DNA of 62,739 nt, the filler included, from Asterionella formosa (taxonomy: Eukaryota): the NCBI GenBank assembly GCA_002256025.1. It is 9 parts of 9 records of this genome, joined end to end, with 100 filler letters (N's around TTAATTAATTAA, not from the genome) between each part and the next. Parts side by side here need not be neighbours in the genome. Positions count along the whole stretch, not along the records: positions 1 to 25,556 come from NKIB01001942.1; 8 more parts are not named here. One strand, given 5' to 3'. The position numbers and the translations under genes are program-made. This document shows positions 12,195 to 24,084 of the stretch, piece after piece (the first letter of the stretch is position 1; each line of letters opens with the position of its first letter). The notes under the pieces are model-generated. The model searched no databases and was not told the DNA's origin. It saw nothing but the letters and a program-made list of their open reading frames with translations.

Positions 12195-13228
12195 GGTCGG
12201 AATGAAGAATTTGAAACTTTACAGGAGATGATTGTATTCTGGCAACAGCGACCCATTAGAGTGGCAACTAATATCAAATGGCTGTGTCCATTCTTGCTGG
12301 GCTGAACTTTTTGGCGCACTATTCTTAAAAAAAAACCATGTAGCGGTATATACAGAACATTATGTATATGAATAACTATGAATGTAGTAAGGAGTTGCTG
12401 TAAAAGATGCTTTTTACAATAAGGAAAACAGAGTAATATTTCTACTTTGGCGCACCTTGCAAGGTACAATAAAATAGGGCAATTGAGTAAAATTAAATTG
12501 AGCGAAATTTTGCTTAAGTCTGCATTTGAACCCCTAGCTCGAGGTCGGGTTTAAAAAATTAATATTGAGTCAGACTAATCAAACACATACTTTCCACAAA
12601 TAAATCAAATATGTATAACGCTAAACGGAGCTTTCACGAATACACACCCTTTCCATATGCTTGGGTCATGGGTCAACTTAGGGGTATGATCTATACACAG
12701 ATATGCTAAGGACCTCATTTCTGGAGAGAAGTGGCAGTTATCCCTCCTCTTGGAATCGTAACTATCCAAAAAATAGTCAAAAAAAGGGGGCCATCATCAA
12801 AACGGAACCACGAAGAATAAAGGCAGGGAAGGAAATTAACGAACATTTCTCCTGTTGGTGGTGTGAATGAAATTAGGGACCTGGTACACAGATGAGGGCA
12901 AATAAATCTAAGTACGATATAGAGGAATACAACGGATAACAACGCATACTGCCTTCGGTAGAAATTCAAATATTGTCGTCCGATTTTGTCGTTGCATGAT
13001 ATTATATAAAATCTCAATTTCCCGGTACCTGGTACCGGTACCTTGCTTCCGTATTTACAAAGGCCCTCCAAAGGACACCCTCATGATCGTCTTCCGGGAT
13101 AATCGTTGGCCATTTTTTCACGAATTTGATGTGATTTTAAATTAATTTATACTGCATACGTTTGGTGATACTCTTGTGAATTTTGTCATCGGCAAAACAA
13201 TAGAGAACATTTCACAACTTGGAAATCC

Positions 13229-16144
13229 ATGATAAGCTTAATTGATCGTCTGAAGGGGAACCAGACAATTCCACTGTCGAAGCATTCAGCCTTTCATCAG
13301 TCAGTTTCAAGAATTGAGTGGTTTGAGGCCAAGATCGGACACTATGGACTGAATATTGTATCCACCTGTTCTCGCCCATACTATATGGCTCGCCTCACGG
13401 GTTCGTCCTTGGTAGCCACGCAACGAATGATGCACTACAACCTTTTGGAGGGTGAACCTCATAAGGTTAAAGATGCGATTTATCGAGAAAGAGGCAACAG
13501 TATGCAATATCTTGGGTCGACTCCATCCCCGAGGATCACGAATCAAGCGACCGGTACGCTTCTCTCAGTGCTAGAGTTCTTTCCGATCCATCATGCAGGA
13601 ATTTACGATCTGGAGATCTTGCACATTTCTTGCAATTCTACGGACAAGTCCCTAGTCACTGACTGTTTGCCAAACTCGCTTAACTTGATCACGTTGAATG
13701 AGGCATTCAGTATTGAAATCGGCGCATCAAACAATAATGTCTCAAGTAGAATTGGTTGGGTTCGTCAGAAGAGTAACTTGACATTGGATGAAAGTATTAC
13801 GACAAGAATGCAAATTGGTAACACATCAGAATGTGATACATGCAGCAATAGTTGGTTCGACAAGTACAACATAACGTTACCTGACCTAGTCAAAAATCCT
13901 GATGGAACTAATTGCACAATTTGTCTCGTTGGGGCTAGTCACTCTCGACACATGGCACAAGCGATGAACACAGCATTTCAAATGAAACAACCATCCTGTC
14001 GTGCTATCCACTTTGACATCAAATTCCCGCAGGATTTCGTTAATCCCAATTTCAACGTAAATGGCAATATCACAAAACACAAGTGTACGGATGTCATAGT
14101 AGCAATGGGTCAATGGGCACTGTCTTGGAAGAATGGCGATCAGTTTCAGAGCCAACATGATTTTAAGCGGCACATGACCAACGTGGTGGATTCCTTTCTC
14201 GCCGATCATCCTGACAAGCGGCTGACATTGAGATCACTCCACTATCACCCATTGTCCAAAATAATCCTTGATTGCAAGCCCACTGATTGGCGCTCCCCAA
14301 TGCTGACAGATACGTACAACGACATGCTCATGCAGATTGCAGAAAGTCATCCTGCTTTTCACATGGGGAGCAAACTATGTTTTGTCGACACTTCAGAAGT
14401 TGTTCGGCCCATTTGGGATACTCCTGACGATTGGAGTCACTATGGGATGAAAGCTGGTGTACCAGAAGCTATATACTTGCTCAATCAAATCTGGACTCCA
14501 AATGAGGAGATAAATATGAAGGTTCATCTCATTCATGACGACAAATTCGTTGATCACGTCAAAGGGAACAATACGAATCCGCTTCCCAAGAACGTATCTT
14601 TTCATCTAGCTGGTCCGAAAATTGAACAGAATGAGACCGAGAAAGGACGGAACAGTCAAAACGATCGTTTAATGAATGGCACAAAGCTAGTTGACCATAT
14701 GAAGGGGAACCAAACAATTCCACTGTCGAAGCATTCAGCCTTTCATCAGTCAGTTTCAAGAATTGAGTGGTTTGAGGCCAAGATCGGACACTATGGACTG
14801 AATATTGTATCCACCTGTTCTCGCCCATACTATATGGCTCGCCTCACGGGTTCGTCCTTGGTAGCCACGCAACGAATGATGCACTACAACCTTTTGGAGG
14901 GTGAACCTCATAAGGTTAAAGATGCGATTTATCGAGAAAGAGGCAACAGTATGCAATATCTTGGGTCGACTCCATCCCCGAGGATCACGAATCAAGCGAC
15001 CGGTACGCTTCTCTCAGTGCTAGAGTTCTTTCCGATCCATCATGCAGGAATTTACGATCTGGAGATCTTGCACATTTCTTGCAATTCTACGGACAAGTCC
15101 CTAGTCACTGACTGTTTGCCAAACTCGCTTAACTTGATCACGTTGAATGAGGCATTCAGTATTGAAATCGGCGCATCAAACAATAATGTCTCAAGTAGAA
15201 TTGGTTGGGTTCGTCAGAAGAGTAACTTGACATTGGATGAAAGTATTACGACAAGAATGCAAATTGGTAACACATCAGAATGTGATACATGCAGCAATAG
15301 TTGGTTCGACAAGTACAACATAACGTTACCTGACCTAGTCAAAAATCCTGATGGAACTAATTGCACAATTTGTCTCGTTGGGGCTAGTCACTCTCGACAC
15401 ATGGCACAAGCGATGAACACAGCATTTCAAATGAAACAACCATCCTGTCGTGCTATCCACTTTGACATCAAATTCCCGCAGGATTTCGTTAATCCCAATT
15501 TCAACGTAAATGGCAATATCACAAAACACAAGTGTACGGATGTCATAGTAGCAATGGGTCAATGGGCACTGTCTTGGAAGAATGGCGATCAGTTTCAGAG
15601 CCAACATGATTTTAAGCGGCACATGACCAACGTGGTGGATTCCTTTCTCGCCGATCATCCTGACAAGCGGCTGACATTGAGATCACTCCACTATCACCCA
15701 TTGTCCAAAATAATCCTTGATTGCAAGCCCACTGATTGGCGCTCCCCAATGCTGACAGATACGTACAACGACATGCTCATGCAGATTGCAGAAAGTCATC
15801 CTGCTTTTCACATGGGGAGCAAACTATGTTTTGTCGACACTTCAGAAGTTGTTCGGCCCATTTGGGATACTCCTGACGATTGGAGTCACTATGGGATGAA
15901 AGCTGGTGTACCAGAAGCTATATACTTGCTCAATCAAATCTGGACTCCAAATGAGGAGGTAAATGTGAAGATTTATTTAATTGATGATGCATTGTGTGGA
16001 CATGCACCTTGTTCCCAATTAATGAGTGCGATCGGAATTCTATTGTTTTTGATCTTTTTGGTCGTGAGAAAGAACTCTCGTAGGAAACAACATTTCGGTT
16101 CTTACATGCGGTTGTTCCAGTCAACCTATGATATGTATAAATAA
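13229..16144 (+). CDS. Tandem two-domain SGNH/GDSL-like (NXPE/PC-esterase/TBL-type) protein with C-terminal TM helix
   Basis: Each ~420-aa unit has an Ig/filamin-like segment (AGIYDLEILH), a nucleophile block ICLVGASHSR, VAMGQW and a DxxH-like DWSH. Many N-glycosylation sequons; hydrophobic AIGILLFLIFLVV followed by basic residues near the C-terminus. Confidence 0.7.
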   Translation: MISLIDRLKGNQTIPLSKHSAFHQSVSRIEWFEAKIGHYGLNIVSTCSRPYYMARLTGSSLVATQRMMHYNLLEGEPHKVKDAIYRERGNSMQYLGSTPSPRITNQATGTLLSVLEFFPIHHAGIYDLEILHISCNSTDKSLVTDCLPNSLNLITLNEAFSIEIGASNNNVSSRIGWVRQKSNLTLDESITTRMQIGNTSECDTCSNSWFDKYNITLPDLVKNPDGTNCTICLVGASHSRHMAQAMNTAFQMKQPSCRAIHFDIKFPQDFVNPNFNVNGNITKHKCTDVIVAMGQWALSWKNGDQFQSQHDFKRHMTNVVDSFLADHPDKRLTLRSLHYHPLSKIILDCKPTDWRSPMLTDTYNDMLMQIAESHPAFHMGSKLCFVDTSEVVRPIWDTPDDWSHYGMKAGVPEAIYLLNQIWTPNEEINMKVHLIHDDKFVDHVKGNNTNPLPKNVSFHLAGPKIEQNETEKGRNSQNDRLMNGTKLVDHMKGNQTIPLSKHSAFHQSVSRIEWFEAKIGHYGLNIVSTCSRPYYMARLTGSSLVATQRMMHYNLLEGEPHKVKDAIYRERGNSMQYLGSTPSPRITNQATGTLLSVLEFFPIHHAGIYDLEILHISCNSTDKSLVTDCLPNSLNLITLNEAFSIEIGASNNNVSSRIGWVRQKSNLTLDESITTRMQIGNTSECDTCSNSWFDKYNITLPDLVKNPDGTNCTICLVGASHSRHMAQAMNTAFQMKQPSCRAIHFDIKFPQDFVNPNFNVNGNITKHKCTDVIVAMGQWALSWKNGDQFQSQHDFKRHMTNVVDSFLADHPDKRLTLRSLHYHPLSKIILDCKPTDWRSPMLTDTYNDMLMQIAESHPAFHMGSKLCFVDTSEVVRPIWDTPDDWSHYGMKAGVPEAIYLLNQIWTPNEEVNVKIYLIDDALCGHAPCSQLMSAIGILLFLIFLVVRKNSRRKQHFGSYMRLFQSTYDMYK
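13251..15958 (+). repeat. Direct tandem duplication, ~1.26 kb nearly identical units (13251-14509 and 14700-15958, period 1449 bp)
   Basis: The two units read the same by eye apart from a CAG/CAA difference near the start. Antisense ORFs recur exactly 1449 bp apart (13307/14756 and 13886/15335). Confidence 0.97.
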
Positions 16145-17098
16145 ATAACATATTTGCATTTCATTATTTTACCTCCTTGGTCTCGTCTTCTCTAAAAGTT
16201 GTGATTGCCTTTGAGCTGCTGCGACACGTTTCGAGACTGAATATTTCTAAAATATGTATGCTGTCAGTGTATGTATAATCACCATGCACTTATCTGTACT
16301 CCTCGAGCTGCATAATGTTGATTTCCTTCTCAGCTGCCGAGTAGGAAAAAATATTATTCTTAGGGCTTAGTATACCCCAACAACATGTGATGTACCAAAC
16401 AAACAAAAATCTAACAAAAGTTCATCAATAAGTTTAAAACTTGCCCTCCTGTGTGATGGTGATGCCATTACTAGAATACTTAATAGGACCTGGTAGTCTA
16501 TGCCAATTCATGTATTTAAACCTGCGAAATTCCAACCATCACTTTATAGTCTAAGCAAAAGAAAATGATGGAAAATGGGACCACAAAATAGACTTTGAAC
16601 TTTTCATACAATAATTTATCATATTAGCTCCATTCTATGTGACTAGAATTCCCCTCCCTTGTCATCGATCACTCAACCAGTATATATATTTCAACAACCA
16701 TCATGGGACTTATCAACAATCAACCAAAGATCAGATCTTGCATCATTATTTTAGCCAGCCAATTGATCCCACAACCTAAGAAAGTTAATTGGAACAGGAT
16801 TCATACCGATTACCAGGAATATACTCTCCATCACATTCCATGATTGAGAAATGATGACATCATACAAAATCTTCTTCATACAACTCCACAACCATTGCCA
16901 TAAAATAATGCCATAGTAGTAATGCCACAACAAGCAATCTGCCATATCCTCAACCCTGAGAACATTTACAAATTAGTGAGTGCCATGGATGATGTTCTAA
17001 TGAATATTATTTGAATCCAGCCTAAATTTTAATAACTTTGGTAAAATTTGTTGGAAGAACACCTAAGCTTCATTGAAAAAGCAAATTCAAAACCCATC

Positions 17099-18552
17099 AT
17101 GGCGAAACGGAGAAACATAATTTCTGGTGGAGTGCTCATAGCAGCCCTCCTTATTTCATCACTTCGTTTGCTCGTTAATGAACACAACCGTACCCATGTG
17201 GACGTTATCATTTCCGGGAATTCATCTCTTCCAGCGGAAGAAACGCAACAACAAACATCGTTGTCGTGGCATGGGCGCAACGTGAATGTCCCTCAGGAGG
17301 ATAACGCTTCCTTCTCTGCCTGTTTGTTGATCATGGTACGAAGTCATTTCTGTCATTTTTGCTTTCACGTCGTTCAGTTTTATAATGGCTTCTTCCTCGT
17401 TTCGTCTGTCTGTAGGACGATAATCACCGCTTAGTGGAATGGCTAGCCTATCATTGGTTTGTGCTACCTCTCCGCTATCTCGTAGTTGCTATCGACCCAA
17501 ATTCGAGGACTTCTCCAACAGAGATCTTGAAACGATGGAGAAAATTGGGCATGGATGTCGTGGAATGGAGCGATAGTGATTTTTGGATCACTGAGACCAA
17601 TCTTCGCATCAAGAGCAATATGTCAGAAGCCCATGATTATCAAAAAATGACGCAAAAAAGCAAATACTTGAAAAGACAAAATGTATTCATAAAACAGTGC
17701 ATGCTTCATATGAAGGCAAATGGAAAGAAATGGGTGGCGTTTCACGATATAGACGAGTATCTGGGATACAATCATCCTTCTGGTATTGAAGAATTTAAAG
17801 CTTGGGAAATGAAGCAAAACAAAATTATAAAGGAGAAGAAGTCATTGAAATTTCGCAGCGTTGTGAGAATTATCCCTTCCATGCCTCCTCCAGCGTTGAA
17901 TCAACAGGGAGCTTTCCTTCCTTTCTTGGAGCGGGAATTTGGCAAAAAAAATCATCAAAGCAATGTTCCCTGCATAACTATCCCTAGACTTCAGTTTGGT
18001 GCCATCGAGTCCACAGAAGACGAGATTTCCAAAAGCGTCCCTCCGCCACTGGATCCAAGGCGCTTTGATACGACACGTTGGAGGTTTCACGTAGATCGTG
18101 ATGACTTTGAAAAGAATGGACTTAGCAAGGTCGTGATTGACGTGACGAGGATATCGGTTGAGGACATCGAAGCAGAAAGTGCTAACGGGCGCGGTCGTCG
18201 CCCTTACAATCCTCATCGACCACTATTTCATCATTGCAGAACTGCAAAAATATCTGACCATGAAACCGTCTTTCGAATCAATCATTACTTAGGAAGTTGG
18301 GAAGCATTTTCCTTTCGAGACGATCCTAGAAAGGGCGGGAAACGCACCTCACGAGATGGATGGGAATTTCTTTCGCAATCTGCAACAGAAGGGCCCAACG
18401 ATTGGCTTAGACCATGGTTAGTCGGTTTCGTGCAGACAGTCGGAATAGAACTGGCATCAGAGCTGCTGAAGGACTCCGGGCTAGAACAAAACTATACAAC
18501 TGCCATCAACATGTCATTGTGGATGTTCAACAATAAAAAAGAAGGCATCTAA
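17099..18552 (+). CDS. Type II membrane glycosyltransferase (GT-A fold, GT92/GT2-like; exons 17099-17335, 17416-18552)
   Basis: N-terminal TM segment. Removing intron 17336-17415 gives FSACLLIMDDNHRLVEWLAYH. DxD motif (WVAFHDIDEYL), CITIPR.QFGA, KVVIDV and RINHYLGS follow. Confidence 0.85.
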
Positions 18553-18753
18553 ATGAGTAGTAGTTCGGACTGACAAAAGTTTCGTCGAGGTAACGAAGTA
18601 GCCCTTCTGGTCCCGACTCTGATGCGAATTGAATCTAAACAAAAAGTAGCAATTCTTGTGTTCAAAGATGTGCCAACTAGCTTGTATCTAAAATACAACA
18701 CGGTACGAACGTTGTTGGAAAGATAAAAGAAATCTCAAAGCGCTCAATCAAAA

Positions 18754-19677
18754 TTATTTTGCACTCGATGCCTTCAATTGAATTTGTCTCCTTGCTAAGG
18801 GTATTAACCACTCCATGGCTCCTTTCACTCCTTGACCCGTCTTGGCGGATCCACAGAATACTTGCATCATATTACTCGTATAGTGTGAAATGAAGAACGA
18901 TGTACAAGTTGGTAATAAATTCTCATGTGTGTCTTCCATAATATGCCCGAAAATCAGGACAGGTATGTCGTCGTCAATTTGGCGGCGAACATCTTCCAAC
19001 ACTGTTCTCTGGTGTTCCTCGTTCCAACCTAGTCGCCAACAGAATACCACTGCGTCTGAATCTCCATAATACTTTACCCACAGGTCTTGAAACTTGCCCG
19101 AAACATCGAAAAATTTGCATATGCAACCACAAATGGGGACTTTCGCGAGGTTCGTTCCGCCTGTTGTTAATGGCGATTAGAGAGATACAACGTCTAGCAA
19201 CGCAAGCTAGCATGGATGCAGATAAAAGAACTTACTCGTAGGCATAATTTTTAACATTGGAAACATGGAATGCCCCGGCTTAACATTGAACTCCTCGCAT
19301 GTGCCTCCCTCTTGTTCGAGTTCGTGTGGTTGTGAGGTTGTTGGTAGTAATGAAACGTCTTCCATACTTTCTAGAGAACTCGATCGATGCGCAAGTAGCT
19401 GCGAAGATCCGTTCTGCTGCAAAGAATTTCCCTGAATGCAGTGTTCATTTGTACCCATGTCAATGTCCTCGTCCGGGAGCCGTGCCTGTACGTAACGATT
19501 GGGTGCTGGACACGATAGTCCACCTGCACCTGTACGAGGTGACTTTTTGCTAAATTCAGTTACTTTTAGGCGCTCTAGAAGGGCAGTTTTGCCAACAGAT
19601 TCGCAACCAATCACAAGAACATTGAGTTGGGGTGCTGCAAAGTAGGATTGGTAAACACCAGATGCCAAGGAAAACAT
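18754..19677 (-). CDS. Divergent ARFRP1/Arl3-like small GTPase (exons 19677-19236, 19160-18754)
   Basis: ARFRP1-type N-terminus MFSLASGVYQSYF and G1 GCESVGKT. Splicing intron 19161-19235 gives KIMPTSGTNLAK...FFDVSGKFQDLWVKYYGDSDAVVFCW. G5 is GSAKTGQGV..AMEWL. Confidence 0.8.
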
Positions 19678-21535
19678 GGTTGTGCTGGTCTTGATTTATA
19701 ATAGATTGGGTATCAGAACGGGCAGATTTTCAAGGAACTGAAATGCAGGCCACCGAGTCCGGCCAATGTCTGAAAGTATATCATGTATGTGTTGGGTATA
19801 TAAATGTTCTCAGCCCAATCCAACGTATCGGTTCAAGAATTGTAAAAAACAAGGAAGACTCCAACGTAGCTACCGGTATGTGACAAAATCAAGGATGATT
19901 TGAGTTAGGGTTAACAGCATTTAATCAATGTACATGTCGTACAGTGTAAATGTAATTTTACTCCCTGCCAGAACACATCATAGGTATATAGACCCTAGCT
20001 AAATATACCTCGGTAGTCATCCTAGTCTACTTCTATATAATTTGGTGTGCCTTCAAGCAACAAAATAACGTCAAGCAACGCAACAATCAACCATGGGCTC
20101 TGTTCGATCTCCCCCACTAGTGAATACAAAGCCACTTCCATACAATCATTTTCCAAGCCCTTGTATTGATTGTGACACCTTCGAATCTGAAGTTGCAGGC
20201 TGAGAATCGCGTCTTCTGTGAATTCTGTGACTTTCAATGCCCAGAGTGTCAATGTTGATGGGACGAGATGGAAGAGTTAGTTGAACAATAAACATGGAAA
20301 CAGACGTGGTTCAACCAGCTTCGACTTGACGAAGATGTTATCACGCTGTTCCATGGAAGAAACGTTAAATACACGTTTCTGGTCAAGACATTCTGTGACT
20401 CACTTGGAAAGGCATCCGCATTGAACTTCCAAATTGTTGCCTGAAGGGGGTTGGTTCGCTTCTCAAGAATAAGGATCGCAACAAAGAGACTAAAGAGATT
20501 AAATATAGTAGCAAAGGAAGTCTTCACAATTAACTTTTGAAGTACATTACTACAGGCTAGAAATTGCACTTGTGCCTTTAAAGACCCCAATGAAAACTCA
20601 TGCCTTTTTCTTCCGAAATCGAGGCAGTCGCCCATGACCACGTTCCATAGTAGCAAAAGAATGTTAGTAAGTATCTACTAATTTTATTAGTTTGCTTGCA
20701 TATATTTGATCTCATCATCATCATCATCGTCGCATTGCTCAAAATATTCTCATTCTTTATGGGTTAAAAAATGAATATATTCAAACCTTTCAATCGTAGG
20801 CATTAAACAATTAAAAAACATTAACATATTAAATCATCACTAGTTTCTAAATTATGCAAGGTTCAGGTACCCATCTCGTTCATTCCTCAATTGCAAATGG
20901 TCATGGCATGGGACGGTGCACACTCAAAGAGGCGCCTGATGAAACCAATTGTTTTGACAAAACAAATAAAGTTACAGATAGTAAAACAGAAAACACGCCA
21001 CCTAGCATGAATTGTTGAAAAGGTCCATACTCCTTCCCGTGGGCTGGGTCTCTCTTCACGTAGGCTCTTACGTGCTCGTAGTACTACCTAGCACCACTTA
21101 CTTTCTCTCTGTTCTACTGCTAGATAAACTAATTGACCTTCCTGTCAATTAACACACTTTTTCCTCAATTGATAATCTAAACTCAAAAAAAATTATTAGC
21201 TTAACTAAATGTTTCCTTTCCATGCATCTTTGCTTCCCACAAAGTCTTTCTAAGACTCTCTTCGAATTTTCACTTAACATTTCCATAGAAATCTTCAATC
21301 TTTGACCTCGTTAGATAGTAGCTGATTGACGTGACAATGCAATATTCGACTCGTTGGATTACAATCAAGTCCACAATCCTTGTGACTTGGGCTAGTATTC
21401 TTGACAATGAATATGTGCGGACATTGTTTATTGACTGTAGAATCAATTCAGAAGTTTATAGAGACCAATACTATCTGTAGTAAATGGAATGAAAAGTTGA
21501 GATATCAATAGTATAACAATGCATACAAACAAGGA

Positions 21536-22709
21536 ATGATAGATTTACAAAGGTACCTAATCCAACAATCTCATGAAAAACTATCAATGAAAGACAAATA
21601 CAATGAATTCATTGAAAGCCATGAATTTATTGACAGCACAGAGTCAGATTTTCCTTCACAGATAACAAGGCTGATTATTGCCAACGATGTTAGTCCTTTT
21701 CTTGGCATTGCTAGCCGAATTTCAATTGCCTGTGCGCAATGTGATGAAAGGAAGTATATTGAACCTGTATATTGCAAAAACAAAGAAGACAATTATGAGA
21801 AAGGCAATCAATCAGGACACTTCGCAATCAACAACATGTTTGTTCTTGGTTGTCATGAAGCAGGAATGAGTCCAGTTGATGCTAATATACTATACTTGTC
21901 CCTTTCCTTACATTTGGAAAGTGGTTACTGGAGCAGGAAGGGAAGGTTTAATAATCTGGAACAACGAATAGGCGAAGCTGAAATAGTTGCAACAGAATAT
22001 TCAATGAGAGAGGCAATGAATGAGGAGATGCATCTAACTCTGGGCATACATGAATGTCATGTTTGGTCTGATATTGGGAAAGATTATTCGTGGTGGAAAA
22101 ATAATAGTGAAGAATCACATGTTATTCTGGAAAACATGCATGCCAAGACTAGTAACAGTAAGTTTTGATATGGGCTGGCAGCAGCACTCCAGTGGTAACA
22201 AATATAATTCGAATATTGGGTACGCGTTTTGTATTGGGGGCTATTCAAAAAAATTACTGGACTACTGCATAAAAGGTATGCAACATTTGTGCTCGAAGAA
22301 TCACCTTTTTGATAGTTCCAAGTCGATGGAATCTGATGCCAGTGTTAAAATGATGATTAAGGCAGTGGATAACTATCAAGTCTTCTATACTAGTACAATG
22401 GTTTGCGATGACGATTCTACTATAAGAGCTAACTGCAAATGGTCTTATAAAGATCTACACTACAAAATTCATTGCTTGAATGGCCAAAAAGCAACAGCGG
22501 AGCGAAAAAGGCAAACCATGGATGCCTTCCATTACACGTCAAAGAACCTGTTTTCTTATCTGATCCCTGCCTCCCACCTAGTTTGCGTGCTACTTCGCCC
22601 CTGCTTCTTGATGTCTCTTGTTCCAAAATGCGATGCGAGATTAACAAAAAACGACTGGCTGCGACTGAAAATCTACTATTCATCAAGAAAAGTCGACATA
22701 ATCATTTGA
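21536..22709 (+). mobile_element. Degenerate Mutator-like/Kolobok-type DDE transposase (frameshifted)
   Basis: Three overlapping frames carry GIASRISIACAQC, VSFDMGWQQHSSGNKYNS..GYAFCIG, CSKNH..SSKSMESDA, VCDDDST and a broken DPxH-like motif. These match the DxxWQxRxxxxxS / NHxxSSxxME / DxDS signature of this transposase class. Confidence 0.75.
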
Positions 22710-23543
22710 AGATTTCCGAGCAATATCAACACTACTCCTAGTACCACCTGGTACCGTAAATGACACCACGAACTCCCCATACAATAATAGAGAGTTCTGA
22801 TAAATAGAACTCGACAGAGCGCCATACAAGCTACCGGTAGCTAATCTCATAACGCGGGATTTTCTCGCCAGATAGGAGAACTAACTATATGCATCACTCT
22901 CTTACAATGACCAACATAGTGAGGAACAGAAATTTTGGTGCTAATCCGATGCAATGATATGAATGCCACCAGAAGCCGATCATAGAACACCCAACCACAA
23001 TGATTTCATGAGGCATGACAACTTGAGTCATTGATGAACACATTTAGCTTCAATGTGCACATGATGGACAATGATGAGCATGCTCAAAATGGAATTGCGT
23101 CCATCACTTGATGGAAGAGCAGTCATAGAAAGAAACATACCAGTACCTGGCCACCTTTGTTCCCGCCCCTACTATCGAAAAATGTGCAATATGGAGTAAA
23201 ATGTATTCAGAGCACTAGCTAACTACCAGTATAAGCCTTATAACAGTTGATGACTGCTGTTTGGGGATATGATGCATTTGTAGCTTTGCCAAGGCTCTTT
23301 CCTGTTTACTGCATAAATAATTGCTAAACTGTCACCAGAGAAGGGATGGCATTTACAATCAGGAGAACCTAGCCGATTTAATAATGCATCCCTTGATTTC
23401 TCCTGATGATCTCAACTGCTTCTCAGTAGGATTTATTGCAGAGATACTTTACGATTTCATGCCCACTTCAGAAACGGGCACTGGGTCGCTCTGGTATCTT
23501 CTTGAACTCAACAACACTTCACCATGCGCTGTAAGAGCTAAAT

Positions 23544-24084
23544 TTAAAAATCACTACACCGTCCTTTCCTTTCCCAGTCGCCGAAGCGCGTAGGTTCCAG
23601 CAAACGGCCTCCACGACGCGGTCCACCCCATTCTCGTTTATCATGACCAAGACTTTTGTGTGGATCCACAAACATTTCCTCCTGCTCCATTTCATCATCG
23701 TCGACATCAACAGTGCCGCAAGCTGCTGCTAACTTATTGTCATCTTGAGAAGTAGCAGAAATGAAGGTGGGTGCATTCGTAATTCTCTCAACTTTTGTGC
23801 TTACTGGTGCTTCTATCTCGGAATTTTGCAAGACAGGAGGCGAGAGTACGGGATGTGAGACGTGAAGGACAGAACGACAAGGATTTGACAGCGAAAAGCC
23901 GCTAGCATTCAAAGGGGAAATGCTTCTCACCCTTCCATTGCACTGTTGGGCTACCGGTAGTTTGAGAGACTATAACACCGTCAAAGTGAGTTTCGTGGGT
24001 CACTGAGAACCATCGTAGAGTCGTTGTCAATGAACAAGGCCGAAAACCTCGAACGGATGAAACCAATATACGAGTCGCCATCAT
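23544..24084 (-). CDS. SDHAF4: Succinate dehydrogenase assembly factor 4 (DUF1674; exons 24084-23931, 23812-23544)
   Basis: Hallmark C-terminus EWGGPRRGG...EPTRFGDWERKGRCSDF. Exon 1 encodes an Arg/Ser-rich mitochondrial-type presequence. Predicted phase-1 intron 23813-23930. Confidence 0.85.

Noticed and set aside
19903..19913. GTTAGGGTTA telomere-like sequence
   Set aside because: Fewer than two units and no flanking structure; expected by chance.
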